Assembly: GCA_026395955.1 (NCBI GenBank)
Contig: JAPLXR010000007.1
Location: 1,957-65,956 of the forward strand
Length of the DNA stretch: 64,000 nucleotides
Direction of reading: 5' to 3'
Source: Candidatus Nomurabacteria bacterium
Lineage (GTDB): Bacteria; Patescibacteriota; Minisyncoccia; Phycocordibacterales; UBA9973
Part shown: one piece after another, positions 18,884-29,270 of the stretch
How the letters are laid out: every line of letters begins with the position of its first letter
How positions within the stretch are numbered: the stretch's first letter is position 1
Made by a program: the position numbers and the translations under genes
The notes under the pieces: model-generated
Seen by the model: the letters and a program-made list of their open reading frames with translations, nothing else
Databases searched by the model: none
Told to the model about the DNA's origin: nothing

Positions 18884-21664
18884 ATGATAAAAAAGTATTT
18901 TCAAAAAATAATCTGTTCAATTGCAATGCTAGGCATTATATTAATGCCATATTTAAGCATACCAACAACAACATATGCTTATAGTAGCCCAGTGGGAATA
19001 GAAGGGTATATAAAAACATTATCACCGCTCATATCCTCATTACCTGGATGTAAAGAAGTTTTGAAGTCAGGAATGAAAGATATGTTTTCTAAAATAAAAG
19101 GTGCTTTTAGTAGTAGTGGGAGTAGTGATACAGAAAACACAAATATTAATGATGCTGCAGACACAGACACACTAGGAGAAGAACAACAAGCCATAGAAAT
19201 ATACAACAAAGGCCTTGAAACAAATATTAAGGGAACAAAAGCATCATCAGCAGAAACAGAAAAACAAACTAGTTCTATCAATAAAAACAAAACATGTCTT
19301 GATGGAATAGGAAAAGCTGTCGCAAAAATACTTTTAAACGAAATGACAAAGAGTATGGTGGAATGGATCAACGGTGGAATGGATGGTACACCAAAATTTG
19401 TTCATGATCCTGCTGCTTTTTTTGGTGACATAGCTAAAAATGAAGTTTTACAATTTGGCCTTGAAATAAATAATCCAGCCTTATTCCCATTCGGGAAAGA
19501 TTTTATAAAAATGCAAAAAGATGCTTTTGTAAAACATTTTTCTGATAATGCAAAATATTCTCTAGACCAAGCAATCGGTGCTACAAATCCAGGTAAAACT
19601 GGTGCAGATTTTAAATTAAATTTTAGTGACGGAGGATGGGGAGCATGGACTGCAATGACACAAAATACTGCAAACAATCCTATTGGATTTAATATCGCTG
19701 CATCAAATGAACTCTCAATGAGATTAAATGGAACACAACAAACTACAGCAGATAAATATAAAGACCAGATAGCGACAGCTAACGGCTATTTAAACCAAGA
19801 ACGTTGTGCCGAAGAAGCTGTTGTAGATGACACAGATGGAAGTGTTCATTTAGAAACAAACCATGACATAACAAGAGGTGAAGACAATCAATATTTAAGA
19901 GGTGTCGAAGGTGCTCGTCATTGTGCTACATGGGAAACTGTCACTCCAGGTAAACTCATCTCGGAATCAGCAACAAAAACACTTAATTTCAGGTCTGACT
20001 CATTATTATCTGTAGGTGACTTAAATGATGCTACGGCAGCATTGATAGACGCAACCCTTAGTATGATCGCTACAAAAATCGCAGGTAGTGATGGTTTCAC
20101 AGGACTTTCAGAAGATCCGAATGGAACTTCAAATTCATTTGATTTAAATGGTGGAAGTTCTTTAGCTTCACAATCTCAAACAGATCAAGATTTCCCTGCA
20201 TCTCTTGGTGGTAGTAATTGGTTAACAGCAAATCCTGATTTCAACATCAGAACAGATATAACCCAAGCTTTGATAGATGAACAAAGAATATATATACAAA
20301 AACTACAAGACCAAAATACTGAATTAAAATCAGTGAAAAATGTTAACAATACGAATTATAACTATGGATTGTTGCCAATAATTTATCAACTTGATTATTG
20401 TATTCCAGGACCACATCCAGGATGGGAAGATGAGGCACAGAGAAATCTAGATGACGCTAAAAGTAAAATAGTTGATATTGGTGGTATGAATTTTGCACAG
20501 ATAAATAGAGCAACCGGTGTAGGTAGTTCAGCAGATTGGGATGTTATGTTCCTTGCATTTAATACTTTTGTTTTGGGAACAGGTGGAATAGCTAACTATG
20601 AAACAGTAGATAAAGCGCTTCATTTAACAGATAAATATTCATATCAATATTTAGATGGTTTTAGTCAAAAATACTTAGGGATTTCATTCACAAAAGATGG
20701 TGCTTCTGAATCGTATAAAAATACAATTGGTGCCCTTAATCAAGCTTTTGATGGATATAAACAATCAGTAAATAATGTGTTTAACACTCTTACTCTTCCA
20801 GGTGTTGCAGATCAAGCTAAAAAAGAATTTAACACTGCTACTGGTTATCAAGGAATATTTGATAAAAATACTACAGAAATAGCAGGTAAACAAGCTGATA
20901 TAAAAAGACTTGTAGATATTAAATCAGCAATAGAAAATTTGACAATTCAAAAAAATAACCAGACACTACCATTAACAATGATTGACCCTATAACAAATTC
21001 TGTTACAACAGATTATAATGCTCAATTTGAAGAAGATTTAAAGCCTTACATAAGTACTTTTGCTCGTGTATCTGCAAACATGGTTACAGGAGATGATATA
21101 GCAAAAGCAGATAATCTGTTGCAACAAATAAAAGACAAGGAAAAATATATCTATAATGACTTAATAAAAGGCCCAACTGGTTGTGAAAAAGAACTATCTA
21201 CTCAACCATGGCAAATGAAAAGATACCCTTATCCTTTACCTATAATATATGATTACAATTCAACAACAAACCCGTTACCTGATCCTTTTGGAAATGGTAT
21301 TTTCCATACAACACCAGTATTAAATCCTTCAGTTTATACTGCAAGTAGTATGCCATCTACTGCAGGAATGATATGGGTTGATTTCTCTGGTGTAAAAGAA
21401 AATCCTCCACCAAACTTACCAATGTTTGATGGAGAACAAGACCACTATAATGGACCAGGTAGCTTACAAACATTAACATCCTTCTGTCAGTATATTGCGG
21501 AAAAATCAAGACTAACTCAGCCAGGAGTAGCATATTCTTCATGTAATGAAGTGGGAAGTAACTTTACTAATATTCACATAGGAGAATTAAACTTTGATAC
21601 CGGATGGAGTCAGGGCACACAATACAATGTAACTACCCTTGAGAGAACGTTGGGGATTTATTAA
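18884..21664 (+). CDS. Large exported hypothetical protein of the secretion-associated block (926 aa)
   Basis: Signal peptide; CLDGIGKAVAK..MTKSMVEWINGGMDGTPKFV, GGWGAW, TPGKLI, LDYCIPGPHPGW motifs recalled as typical of CPR secretion-locus proteins. Confidence 0.8.
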   Translation: MIKKYFQKIICSIAMLGIILMPYLSIPTTTYAYSSPVGIEGYIKTLSPLISSLPGCKEVLKSGMKDMFSKIKGAFSSSGSSDTENTNINDAADTDTLGEEQQAIEIYNKGLETNIKGTKASSAETEKQTSSINKNKTCLDGIGKAVAKILLNEMTKSMVEWINGGMDGTPKFVHDPAAFFGDIAKNEVLQFGLEINNPALFPFGKDFIKMQKDAFVKHFSDNAKYSLDQAIGATNPGKTGADFKLNFSDGGWGAWTAMTQNTANNPIGFNIAASNELSMRLNGTQQTTADKYKDQIATANGYLNQERCAEEAVVDDTDGSVHLETNHDITRGEDNQYLRGVEGARHCATWETVTPGKLISESATKTLNFRSDSLLSVGDLNDATAALIDATLSMIATKIAGSDGFTGLSEDPNGTSNSFDLNGGSSLASQSQTDQDFPASLGGSNWLTANPDFNIRTDITQALIDEQRIYIQKLQDQNTELKSVKNVNNTNYNYGLLPIIYQLDYCIPGPHPGWEDEAQRNLDDAKSKIVDIGGMNFAQINRATGVGSSADWDVMFLAFNTFVLGTGGIANYETVDKALHLTDKYSYQYLDGFSQKYLGISFTKDGASESYKNTIGALNQAFDGYKQSVNNVFNTLTLPGVADQAKKEFNTATGYQGIFDKNTTEIAGKQADIKRLVDIKSAIENLTIQKNNQTLPLTMIDPITNSVTTDYNAQFEEDLKPYISTFARVSANMVTGDDIAKADNLLQQIKDKEKYIYNDLIKGPTGCEKELSTQPWQMKRYPYPLPIIYDYNSTTNPLPDPFGNGIFHTTPVLNPSVYTASSMPSTAGMIWVDFSGVKENPPPNLPMFDGEQDHYNGPGSLQTLTSFCQYIAEKSRLTQPGVAYSSCNEVGSNFTNIHIGELNFDTGWSQGTQYNVTTLERTLGIY

Positions 21665-21701
21665 AAGTAACATTAAATAATAAATGTGCTAAAATAAAGA
21701 T

Positions 21702-24700
21702 ATGTTACTTTTTAAGGGAGCTAAGAAAAATATTTTTGGGATATCTTTATTAATTATATTAATAATATATTTTAGTGTTCTAATTTTTTCAAAAAAAACT
21801 TCAGCTTACGCAACAGGTCCTGTTGTTCTAGGTACACAACCAGCAACAAATATAACGACAACGTCTGCGGTTTTAAATGGAATTGTTACAAATACAAGAG
21901 GAGAGATACCAACTTATATAAAGTTTATGCTTTCAACAGACCAACAGTCTTGGACTGATTTTCCTTTAAATCCAGCATATTTACTAATGGCACCAGACAC
22001 AGACGGAAATCCATACTCAATAGATACCTCTATGGCTACTTCACCTGTAAATAATTTAACTTCCAATACTCTTTATTATTATAAAGCTTGTGCCATGAAT
22101 AGTGCTGGAAGTAGCTGTAGCAATTTGCCTCTTAGAACATTTACAACATCCAATCCAAATAGTTCTGGAAACAATAACGGTTCAAGTAATACAGGCACAT
22201 CATATAACACAACGACTCAATCAACAATAAGCAATGTAATAACACACGATTTTACTAACCTTACTGACACTTCTGTAAAGTTAAATGGTGAAGGAACAGT
22301 ATCTGCTCCTGATTATGCATATTTCAGATATTCAAAAGTAGACCCAAATCCTCCTATTTTTTGTAATGATTTATATGGATCAAGTATGAGTTCAAAAAAG
22401 GCAACATTTCCAAATTCAGACGGATCATACACAAGTGCTAACAGTGGTACTATTTTTTCTACTGGAATAAATGGATTAGAACCAGACACAACATATTACT
22501 ATTGTGCAGTAGTATCAAATAGTGCAAATAGTTCTGGTTTTGGAAGACCAAATACTGAAATAAAATATGGTGGTGTAAAAACATTCAAAACAAAGTGTGG
22601 TACTACATGTACAACAATAGAAACAAAAAATCCTTCAAGCATCACAAAAGATTCTGTATATCTAAATGGATCTTTTAACTCCACACAAGCTACAAAAACT
22701 TGGTTTGAATACGAAATAGATCCGGCATCATTACCTCAAGGTAGTCCAACTCCTGTATGGCAAACAGTAAATGTTGAAAATCATACAGCGCAATCAGTGG
22801 GTAATAATAATAGAATACAATTTCAAGTTACAGGATTAACACCAAATACTTCATATATATACAAAGCAGTAGCTCAAACAGACTGGGGAACACTAGGCAA
22901 TCCAAATCCTCAAAATTATTATGGTATTGATATGAGTTTTACAACAAATCCTCCAGACTCAACACCAGATACTCCGACAGATCCAGGAACAACACAAGAT
23001 CCAAATAGTGGTTATGATAGTGGCGGACCATCATATGATAATGGAGGAGGTGCTCCTAGTGCTTGTTCTTCATTAACAATCAAACCAATAAGTAACAAAA
23101 CTATTTACGCTGGTCATAATTTATCTTTTGCTGTACACACTTGTGGAGCAAATGGAGAGACAGTAACATATCAAATAACTAACATACCACCATTAGCTAT
23201 TTTTAATTCTAATGGAATGTTTGTCTGGAATACTAATTTCAGCCAAACAGGTATTTATGATGTAACATTCGATGCGTCTACTCCATCAGGTAATAATGCA
23301 AGTCCAGTCACTGTGAGAATAACAGTGACCCCACCAAACACAAATTGTCCTTCATTAACAATTGAACCGATCGAAGATCAAGAATTTATAACTGACCAAT
23401 ATAATACTTTTTATGCAAATATCTGTGGAAATTTCGGACAACAAGTAACATACTCAATAGCTAATCTTCCAACAGGTGCAGGAATACTTCCAAATGGACT
23501 TTTTGTATGGGTTCCTACAGCTGATCAAGTAGGACAACATCAGATATTTGTTAATGCAGTTTCTGGTACACAAACAGTATCACTAACAGTTAATGTAAAC
23601 GTTACATTAACACAAAATGGACCAAACCCTAATGGTAATCCTAACGGAGATCCTAATGGTGGACCAAATGGAGGAAATACAAACAACTGTCCTAATTTTA
23701 TAATTAGACCAATAAGTGATAAACACACCCAAGCAGGATCACCTATTTCTTTTACAGCACATACATGTGGAAACCAAGGCAAACCAGTAACATATTCTAT
23801 AACTTCAACACTAATGCCTGGAGGTGCAGGAATAGGACCAGCAAATGGAAGATTTTCTTGGTCAACAGGAGGAAATCAGGCTGGTAGTTATGATATAACT
23901 ATACATGCTAAAGCACCGATAGGAGCATTAGATTTGATCACTAATACTCAAGCTATGGTTGATGCAACGCCAATAACAGTACACATAACAGTAACACCTA
24001 TACCTATCAGTTGTGGAACTTTAACAATAAATTCATTACATAATGAGCATTTCTATGTTGATCAAATAGATACTTTCAATGTAACAGTTTGTGGAAATCA
24101 TGGAGAACAAGTTACTTATTCTCCTGAGAATATACCTTCAGGTGCAACTCTTGATCCTTCAACAGGACTATTTACATGGACACCGACTTCTAGTGATTTA
24201 GGTTTACATGCAATATTAATAGGTGCAAAAACATCAACACAAAGAATGGTAACAGCATCTATGAGTATTAATGTTACAGACAGATCAGGCAATTCAAATA
24301 ACCAAGGAGACCCTAACACTGGACGTACTTGTCCAACGACATCAACTGGTGTTTGGCCAAGATGTGTAGACAATGCTACTGGTGTTGGATTTTGTGATAC
24401 AGGATCAACAGGGACTTATCCTAATTGTGTTGTTACAAATACAGGAGGTAGTGGTTCTGGAAATGGTAACAGTAATGGTGGTAATGGAACATTCGGAAAT
24501 GGAAACAATGGTAATGGAGGAAATGGAAATGGTCCAACAGTATTAGGGTCTGCAAACAATCCAGCTCCGGCTATTGGAAGCTTCTTGGTACCACCGAGTA
24601 TGGACTTGGTTCACTATCACGAAGGAGTAGAACACGTATTAACAAGACAAATAATGGGCGACATTGCTCTGGCAAAAATATATGGATATCAAGATGGCCA

Positions 24701-24935
24701 AAACTTGTTAGTATTTGCACAAAACCTAGCGCATACTTTTGCAACAATGTTTGGTTATTACCAAGGAGGAGGCAGAGAAATTCGTGTCACTGTTCCAGAC
24801 ATCGCAGCATACCAACTCGGACTCAAAGACGGAATGCTCGCAGTATATGAATATTACGACAACCATTTAACAGGTGTAGCTACAGCGACAGGAAGCATCA
24901 GAGATATATTTGAATACGAATATTATTTCCACTAA
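21702..24935 (+). CDS. Large surface protein with FN3-like and putative Ig/cadherin-like repeats
   Basis: Three T.AT.IT.TSA.LNG...L.P.T.YYY repeats, four C..LTI.PI...G.F.W.P repeats, Gly/Asn-rich linkers. Confidence 0.85.
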   Translation: MLLFKGAKKNIFGISLLIILIIYFSVLIFSKKTSAYATGPVVLGTQPATNITTTSAVLNGIVTNTRGEIPTYIKFMLSTDQQSWTDFPLNPAYLLMAPDTDGNPYSIDTSMATSPVNNLTSNTLYYYKACAMNSAGSSCSNLPLRTFTTSNPNSSGNNNGSSNTGTSYNTTTQSTISNVITHDFTNLTDTSVKLNGEGTVSAPDYAYFRYSKVDPNPPIFCNDLYGSSMSSKKATFPNSDGSYTSANSGTIFSTGINGLEPDTTYYYCAVVSNSANSSGFGRPNTEIKYGGVKTFKTKCGTTCTTIETKNPSSITKDSVYLNGSFNSTQATKTWFEYEIDPASLPQGSPTPVWQTVNVENHTAQSVGNNNRIQFQVTGLTPNTSYIYKAVAQTDWGTLGNPNPQNYYGIDMSFTTNPPDSTPDTPTDPGTTQDPNSGYDSGGPSYDNGGGAPSACSSLTIKPISNKTIYAGHNLSFAVHTCGANGETVTYQITNIPPLAIFNSNGMFVWNTNFSQTGIYDVTFDASTPSGNNASPVTVRITVTPPNTNCPSLTIEPIEDQEFITDQYNTFYANICGNFGQQVTYSIANLPTGAGILPNGLFVWVPTADQVGQHQIFVNAVSGTQTVSLTVNVNVTLTQNGPNPNGNPNGDPNGGPNGGNTNNCPNFIIRPISDKHTQAGSPISFTAHTCGNQGKPVTYSITSTLMPGGAGIGPANGRFSWSTGGNQAGSYDITIHAKAPIGALDLITNTQAMVDATPITVHITVTPIPISCGTLTINSLHNEHFYVDQIDTFNVTVCGNHGEQVTYSPENIPSGATLDPSTGLFTWTPTSSDLGLHAILIGAKTSTQRMVTASMSINVTDRSGNSNNQGDPNTGRTCPTTSTGVWPRCVDNATGVGFCDTGSTGTYPNCVVTNTGGSGSGNGNSNGGNGTFGNGNNGNGGNGNGPTVLGSANNPAPAIGSFLVPPSMDLVHYHEGVEHVLTRQIMGDIALAKIYGYQDGQNLLVFAQNLAHTFATMFGYYQGGGREIRVTVPDIAAYQLGLKDGMLAVYEYYDNHLTGVATATGSIRDIFEYEYYFH

Positions 24936-25031
24936 TTTATTTTTATAAAGTAGGGGATAAAAGTATTACTTTTAAAAAGTGAATATAGTATAATATATTC
25001 AGAGTGAATAACTCTATCTCATAATTTTTAA

Positions 25032-27203
25032 ATGAAAAAAAATTTTCCAAAAATAGTAATATCAGTTATAATGATAGGTATTTTTTTGGCACCTGTTGTT
25101 CCAAATTTACAAACAAAAGACGAAAGAGTATCTGTCTCAATAGAAAGTAATACTGCATTGGCTGTAACTTGTCCAACAGGGCAACACGATGATGGGACTG
25201 GAAACTGTGTTGCTGATACGGTTGCGCCAACACAGCAAGCTGGAGACAATCTAGACTTTGGTTGTGGTTATAATCCTCTTACATGGTTTAGACAGTGTAT
25301 CATCACAACAATTTATTATATTATCTTTATTCCACTAGCATGGGTATCATCACTCGCTGCAAACATATTAGACTTTTTTATTTATTATTCTACAAACAGT
25401 AGTTCTTATTCTGCTGGTTTTGTCAGCACAGGATGGAAGACTGTTAGAGATATCGCTAATATATTTTTCATAATAGCACTTCTATATATAGCAATACAAA
25501 CGATACTGGACATGGGATCTAACGGCAAAAAAATGATAGCCAATATTATCGTTGTAGCTTTGATGATAAATTTTAGTCTATTTTTTACTCAAGTAGTTAT
25601 AGACAGTAGTAATATTCTGGCAAAAGTTTTTTACAATCAAATAACACCCCAAGATAGCAATGGTACTCCTTTACAAGATACTCATAAACAAAAATCGATA
25701 ACAGTTGGACTTGTAGATGCTTTTAGTCCAGAAACAATGCTTCATGATGCAAAAGATGCTCCAGGTAGACAATTTATGATACTAATACTCCTAATCATAA
25801 TGTCCTTCGTAATGATTTATGTTTTTATTTCTATAGCATTACTCTTTGTGGCCAGAGTAGCCGGACTTTGGCTCGCGATGATATTTTCACCTGTTGCTTT
25901 TGCCTCAATAACATTACCTTTTAAAATACCTAGCTTGGGTTGGGATGACTGGAAAAATGATTTATTAAAACAAGCATTCATGGCTCCTATTTTAGTTTTC
26001 TTTCTTTATATAATTTTATTATTCGGTAAAAACCTAAAGTTAATAAATGCTGATGCTGTTAATGCAGGAGGGGATTTTGATGCAATTATGAAAGTAATAA
26101 TTCCTTTCTTTATTGTTATGGTTTTACTTCTACAAGCCAAAAAACTCGCAGGTCAATATTCTGGAGAAATAGGAAAAGCTTTGAATAGTGCAGGTGGAAC
26201 CGTCTTAGGTTTCGCTGCTGGAGCAGTTACAGGAGGTGCTGCAGTATTGGGACAAAAAGTTATCGGTGGAGCCGCTTCAAGAGTTGCAAACAATGATGAA
26301 ACAAAAAGACTAGCAGCTGGTGGTAATGGTATCAGTAAAGATGAACAATTAAAAGCACAAAAAACTCTTGAAAGAGCAAACAGAAGAGCAAGTAAAAGTT
26401 ATGATCTTCGACAAACAAGTGTTGGTGGTTTTGCAGCCAAAAAAGCTGGTCTTGATTTAAATAGTGGAACTGGAGCATTGGGAATGGATACTAGAACACT
26501 AAAAGGTGGATACAGGGCAAAAGTCAAAAGAGCAACCGAAAAAGAAGAAGCTAAACTTAAGACATATGAAATAAGTGGTGAAGCAGCTTCAACACAAAAT
26601 CACAAAGCAGAAGTAAGTAAGGTAAGAAACGAGCAGTATGAAAAAGATAAAAAAGAAGCTCAAGATAAAGGCTTTGTATTTAATGATAAATCAGAACAAA
26701 AGTTTAAAGAAGCATATGAAAAAGGAGAGGATTTAAGAAAATTTGGACTAGATAAAAAATCAGAGGCAGGTAGCGTTGCAATAGTTAAAGATTCAAAAGA
26801 AATAAATATGGACAGAAGAAAAGCTTATGCTGACAGTCTAGTTGATGAAGGCAAAGTAAGAGAAGTAAAAGGGGCAATGAAGTCATTCTTTAGTGAATGG
26901 GGCAATGGAATGAAAACAATGACAACATCAGCAACGGGAATCGGAACAATTGCCACAGCAGGAACATTCTTAGGTCCAGCTGGAGCTTTGGGTGCTTTGT
27001 TAATTGGAAGCTTGAACGAAGCTAGAAAAAATGTAAAAACTGAAGGAATAAAAAGAGATAATTCAGAGTTAATATCAAGTCTACGAAAAGGGCAAGACCC
27101 AAACAAAGCAATTATTGATGAATTAAAGAAAATGAATTCTGGTAAAGATGCCGATTATTCAGAATTAGCTAAAAAAATAAAAGGAGAGGATACAAAAAAA
27201 TAA
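25032..27203 (+). CDS. VirB6/TrbL-like polytopic membrane protein
   Basis: GWKTVRDIANIFFIIALLYIA...IIVVALMINFSLF; several TM helices; Gly/Ala-rich and charged tail; just upstream of PrgI/VirB4 genes. Confidence 0.75.
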   Translation: MKKNFPKIVISVIMIGIFLAPVVPNLQTKDERVSVSIESNTALAVTCPTGQHDDGTGNCVADTVAPTQQAGDNLDFGCGYNPLTWFRQCIITTIYYIIFIPLAWVSSLAANILDFFIYYSTNSSSYSAGFVSTGWKTVRDIANIFFIIALLYIAIQTILDMGSNGKKMIANIIVVALMINFSLFFTQVVIDSSNILAKVFYNQITPQDSNGTPLQDTHKQKSITVGLVDAFSPETMLHDAKDAPGRQFMILILLIIMSFVMIYVFISIALLFVARVAGLWLAMIFSPVAFASITLPFKIPSLGWDDWKNDLLKQAFMAPILVFFLYIILLFGKNLKLINADAVNAGGDFDAIMKVIIPFFIVMVLLLQAKKLAGQYSGEIGKALNSAGGTVLGFAAGAVTGGAAVLGQKVIGGAASRVANNDETKRLAAGGNGISKDEQLKAQKTLERANRRASKSYDLRQTSVGGFAAKKAGLDLNSGTGALGMDTRTLKGGYRAKVKRATEKEEAKLKTYEISGEAASTQNHKAEVSKVRNEQYEKDKKEAQDKGFVFNDKSEQKFKEAYEKGEDLRKFGLDKKSEAGSVAIVKDSKEINMDRRKAYADSLVDEGKVREVKGAMKSFFSEWGNGMKTMTTSATGIGTIATAGTFLGPAGALGALLIGSLNEARKNVKTEGIKRDNSELISSLRKGQDPNKAIIDELKKMNSGKDADYSELAKKIKGEDTKK

Positions 27204-27227
27204 AAATTATAAATAATAAATAAAATT

Positions 27228-28037
27228 ATGGACGAAAATACAAAAAAAATAATAAAAGAAAAATTTGATTCTCTGCCAGAGAGCATCCAAGAAGTTATTT
27301 TGTCTTCAAATTATCAAGACACTTTGGTTGAGATAGGAAAACAAAATAATTTAAGTCTAAACCAAATGGGAACATTAGAACTAGAAGCTACTTTGGTCAT
27401 GATGGGTCTAACTCCGACAGCAGAATTTGAAACAGAACTAACGAAAGAATTAGCCGTCGATCCTATGAAGGGTTCAAAAATAGTGAATGAAATCAATGAA
27501 AAAATATTTATAAAAATCAGAGATTTATTAAAATTAATGAACACCCCAAAAGGAGAGGAACCTAGTTTAGATGCTGAAAACGAACGTTTACACGAAGAAT
27601 CAAATGTTCCTTTTAAAGTATTTACTCCTACAGAAAAAATTACTATTCCAGTAAAAACAGAAAGCCTAATTACTACACTTCAACAAGAAAAAGAATCTAT
27701 TAAAGACAATTCAGTATTAGAAACAGCTGGTATTGAAATAGTGAATCAAGCTCCAATGAGAAATGCTGTACCTTCAGATGCAGGAGGTGAGACAAGAAAT
27801 GAAATATTAAAAAGTGTTGAGCAACCAGAATCAATAGGTAAAACAGTTGAAAAACCAAAAGAAACAAGTAATGTTGGTTCTATTTTGGCCTCCAAGTTAA
27901 CAGAGAGTTTTAAAATCCCTGCAGGAAATACAGAATACACGATGAACAACATGACAAAAGATAATCAAAAAACACAATTAGCTGCAAGCCCAAGTATTCC
28001 AAAAGTTGATCCATACAGAATGCCGTTAGACGAATAA
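27228..28037 (+). CDS. Hypothetical CPR protein
   Basis: EKFDSLPESIQEVI...LVMMGLT...INEKIF N-terminal domain; C-terminal DPYRMP. Confidence 0.8.
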   Translation: MDENTKKIIKEKFDSLPESIQEVILSSNYQDTLVEIGKQNNLSLNQMGTLELEATLVMMGLTPTAEFETELTKELAVDPMKGSKIVNEINEKIFIKIRDLLKLMNTPKGEEPSLDAENERLHEESNVPFKVFTPTEKITIPVKTESLITTLQQEKESIKDNSVLETAGIEIVNQAPMRNAVPSDAGGETRNEILKSVEQPESIGKTVEKPKETSNVGSILASKLTESFKIPAGNTEYTMNNMTKDNQKTQLAASPSIPKVDPYRMPLDE

Positions 28038-28107
28038 CCCCACCCCAATGCTTTGCATTTTCCCCTCCCCATTTTTTAAAAAAAATGGGGAGGGGTTAAG
28101 GGAGGGG
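28038..28107. repeat. REP-like nested palindrome (family C)
   Basis: cccctccccatttttt/aaaaatggggagggg stem plus aatgc/gcatt hairpin; near-identical to 45006-45072. Confidence 0.85.
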
Positions 28108-28147
28108 TTCTGCATACATTCGATTTGTTTCATGCTAAAATTAAAAT

Positions 28148-28573
28148 ATGCAATTTAAAGTTCCACAATTCTTAGATATAGAAGATAAAATATTCGGACC
28201 TTTTACGTTCCGTCAATTTGCATACATGGCTGGTGGAGCTGGACTTTGTTTTGTAATTTACAGAACAACTTCTTTAATAGTAGGAATAATACCTATTTTA
28301 GCTATAGCTGGTTTTTCTCTCGCTTTAACTTTTTACAAAATAAATAACAAACCTTTTATTTTTGTTTTAGAAGCTGCTTTTAGTTATTTATTTCGTGATA
28401 AATTATATATTTGGAAAAGAAGGTTAAAGAAACCAGGAGAAAAAGAAGCAGAAGACTTGAAGAAAAGCGAAGAAAATACAGAAAACCAAGCAAGGAGAGT
28501 AAGTAAATTAGGTACAAGTAAATTAAAAGATTTAGCATGGAGTTTAGATGTATTAGACGTAAAGAAACAATAA
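28148..28573 (+). CDS. PrgI-family (VirB3-like) membrane protein
   Basis: MQFKVPQFLDIEDKIFGPFTFRQF, two TM helices, KINNKPF. Confidence 0.9.
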   Translation: MQFKVPQFLDIEDKIFGPFTFRQFAYMAGGAGLCFVIYRTTSLIVGIIPILAIAGFSLALTFYKINNKPFIFVLEAAFSYLFRDKLYIWKRRLKKPGEKEAEDLKKSEENTENQARRVSKLGTSKLKDLAWSLDVLDVKKQ

Positions 28574-28582
28574 TAAAATTAT

Positions 28583-29236
28583 ATGGCATTATCAGCAAAA
28601 GCAACTCAAGAGTTCGTCCCAATAAAAGAAGTCCGCGATGGTATCGTGGTTCTTAAAGATGGGGGACTTCGTGCTATTGTTTTGGCCAATTCTACAAACT
28701 TATCTCTAAAATCAGCAGATGAACAAAAAGCTACGATAATGCAATTCCAATCTTTTTTGAATACTATAGATTTTCCAATTCAAATAGTTGTCCAATCAAG
28801 ACGCCTAGATATTCGTCCATATCTTTTACTTTTAGAAAATAGAATAAAAGTACAAAACGAACCACTCTTGAAAGTTCAAACAAAAGAATATATGGAATTT
28901 ATCAGAAACTTCACTGAGACTACAAATATAATGACAAAAAGTTTCTTTGTAGTTGTTCCTTATACACCAAACAAATTAGCTTCAACGGGTGGAATTTTTA
29001 GTAATTTTTTTAATAAAAAAAACAAAGCAATGGAAAAAGAAGCTCAGAAGCAGGATTTTGAAGAAAAAAGATCTCAACTTGATCAAAGAATAGGAATAAT
29101 AGAGCAAGGATTAGCACGTTGTGGTTTGAAATCTGTAGAGCTTGGAACCGAAGAAGTAGTAGAAGTTTATTATAAAGTTTTTAACCCAGGTGAAGTTGAA
29201 GGTAAAATAGATTTAGGACAAGGACAATCAGCATAA
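28583..29236 (+). CDS. TraC-like / VirB4-associated protein
   Basis: TQEFVPIKEVRDGIVVLKDG...NLSLKSADEQ...FPIQIVVQSRRLDI; lies between PrgI and VirB4 genes. Confidence 0.75.
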   Translation: MALSAKATQEFVPIKEVRDGIVVLKDGGLRAIVLANSTNLSLKSADEQKATIMQFQSFLNTIDFPIQIVVQSRRLDIRPYLLLLENRIKVQNEPLLKVQTKEYMEFIRNFTETTNIMTKSFFVVVPYTPNKLASTGGIFSNFFNKKNKAMEKEAQKQDFEEKRSQLDQRIGIIEQGLARCGLKSVELGTEEVVEVYYKVFNPGEVEGKIDLGQGQSA

Positions 29237-29270
29237 TACTGTTATAATATAACAAGTTAAATAAATATAT

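Noticed and set aside
23620-23680. Short tandem-like repeats (cctaatggt...) in the surface protein
   Set aside because: They encode a PNG-rich linker; protein-level low complexity, not an array.
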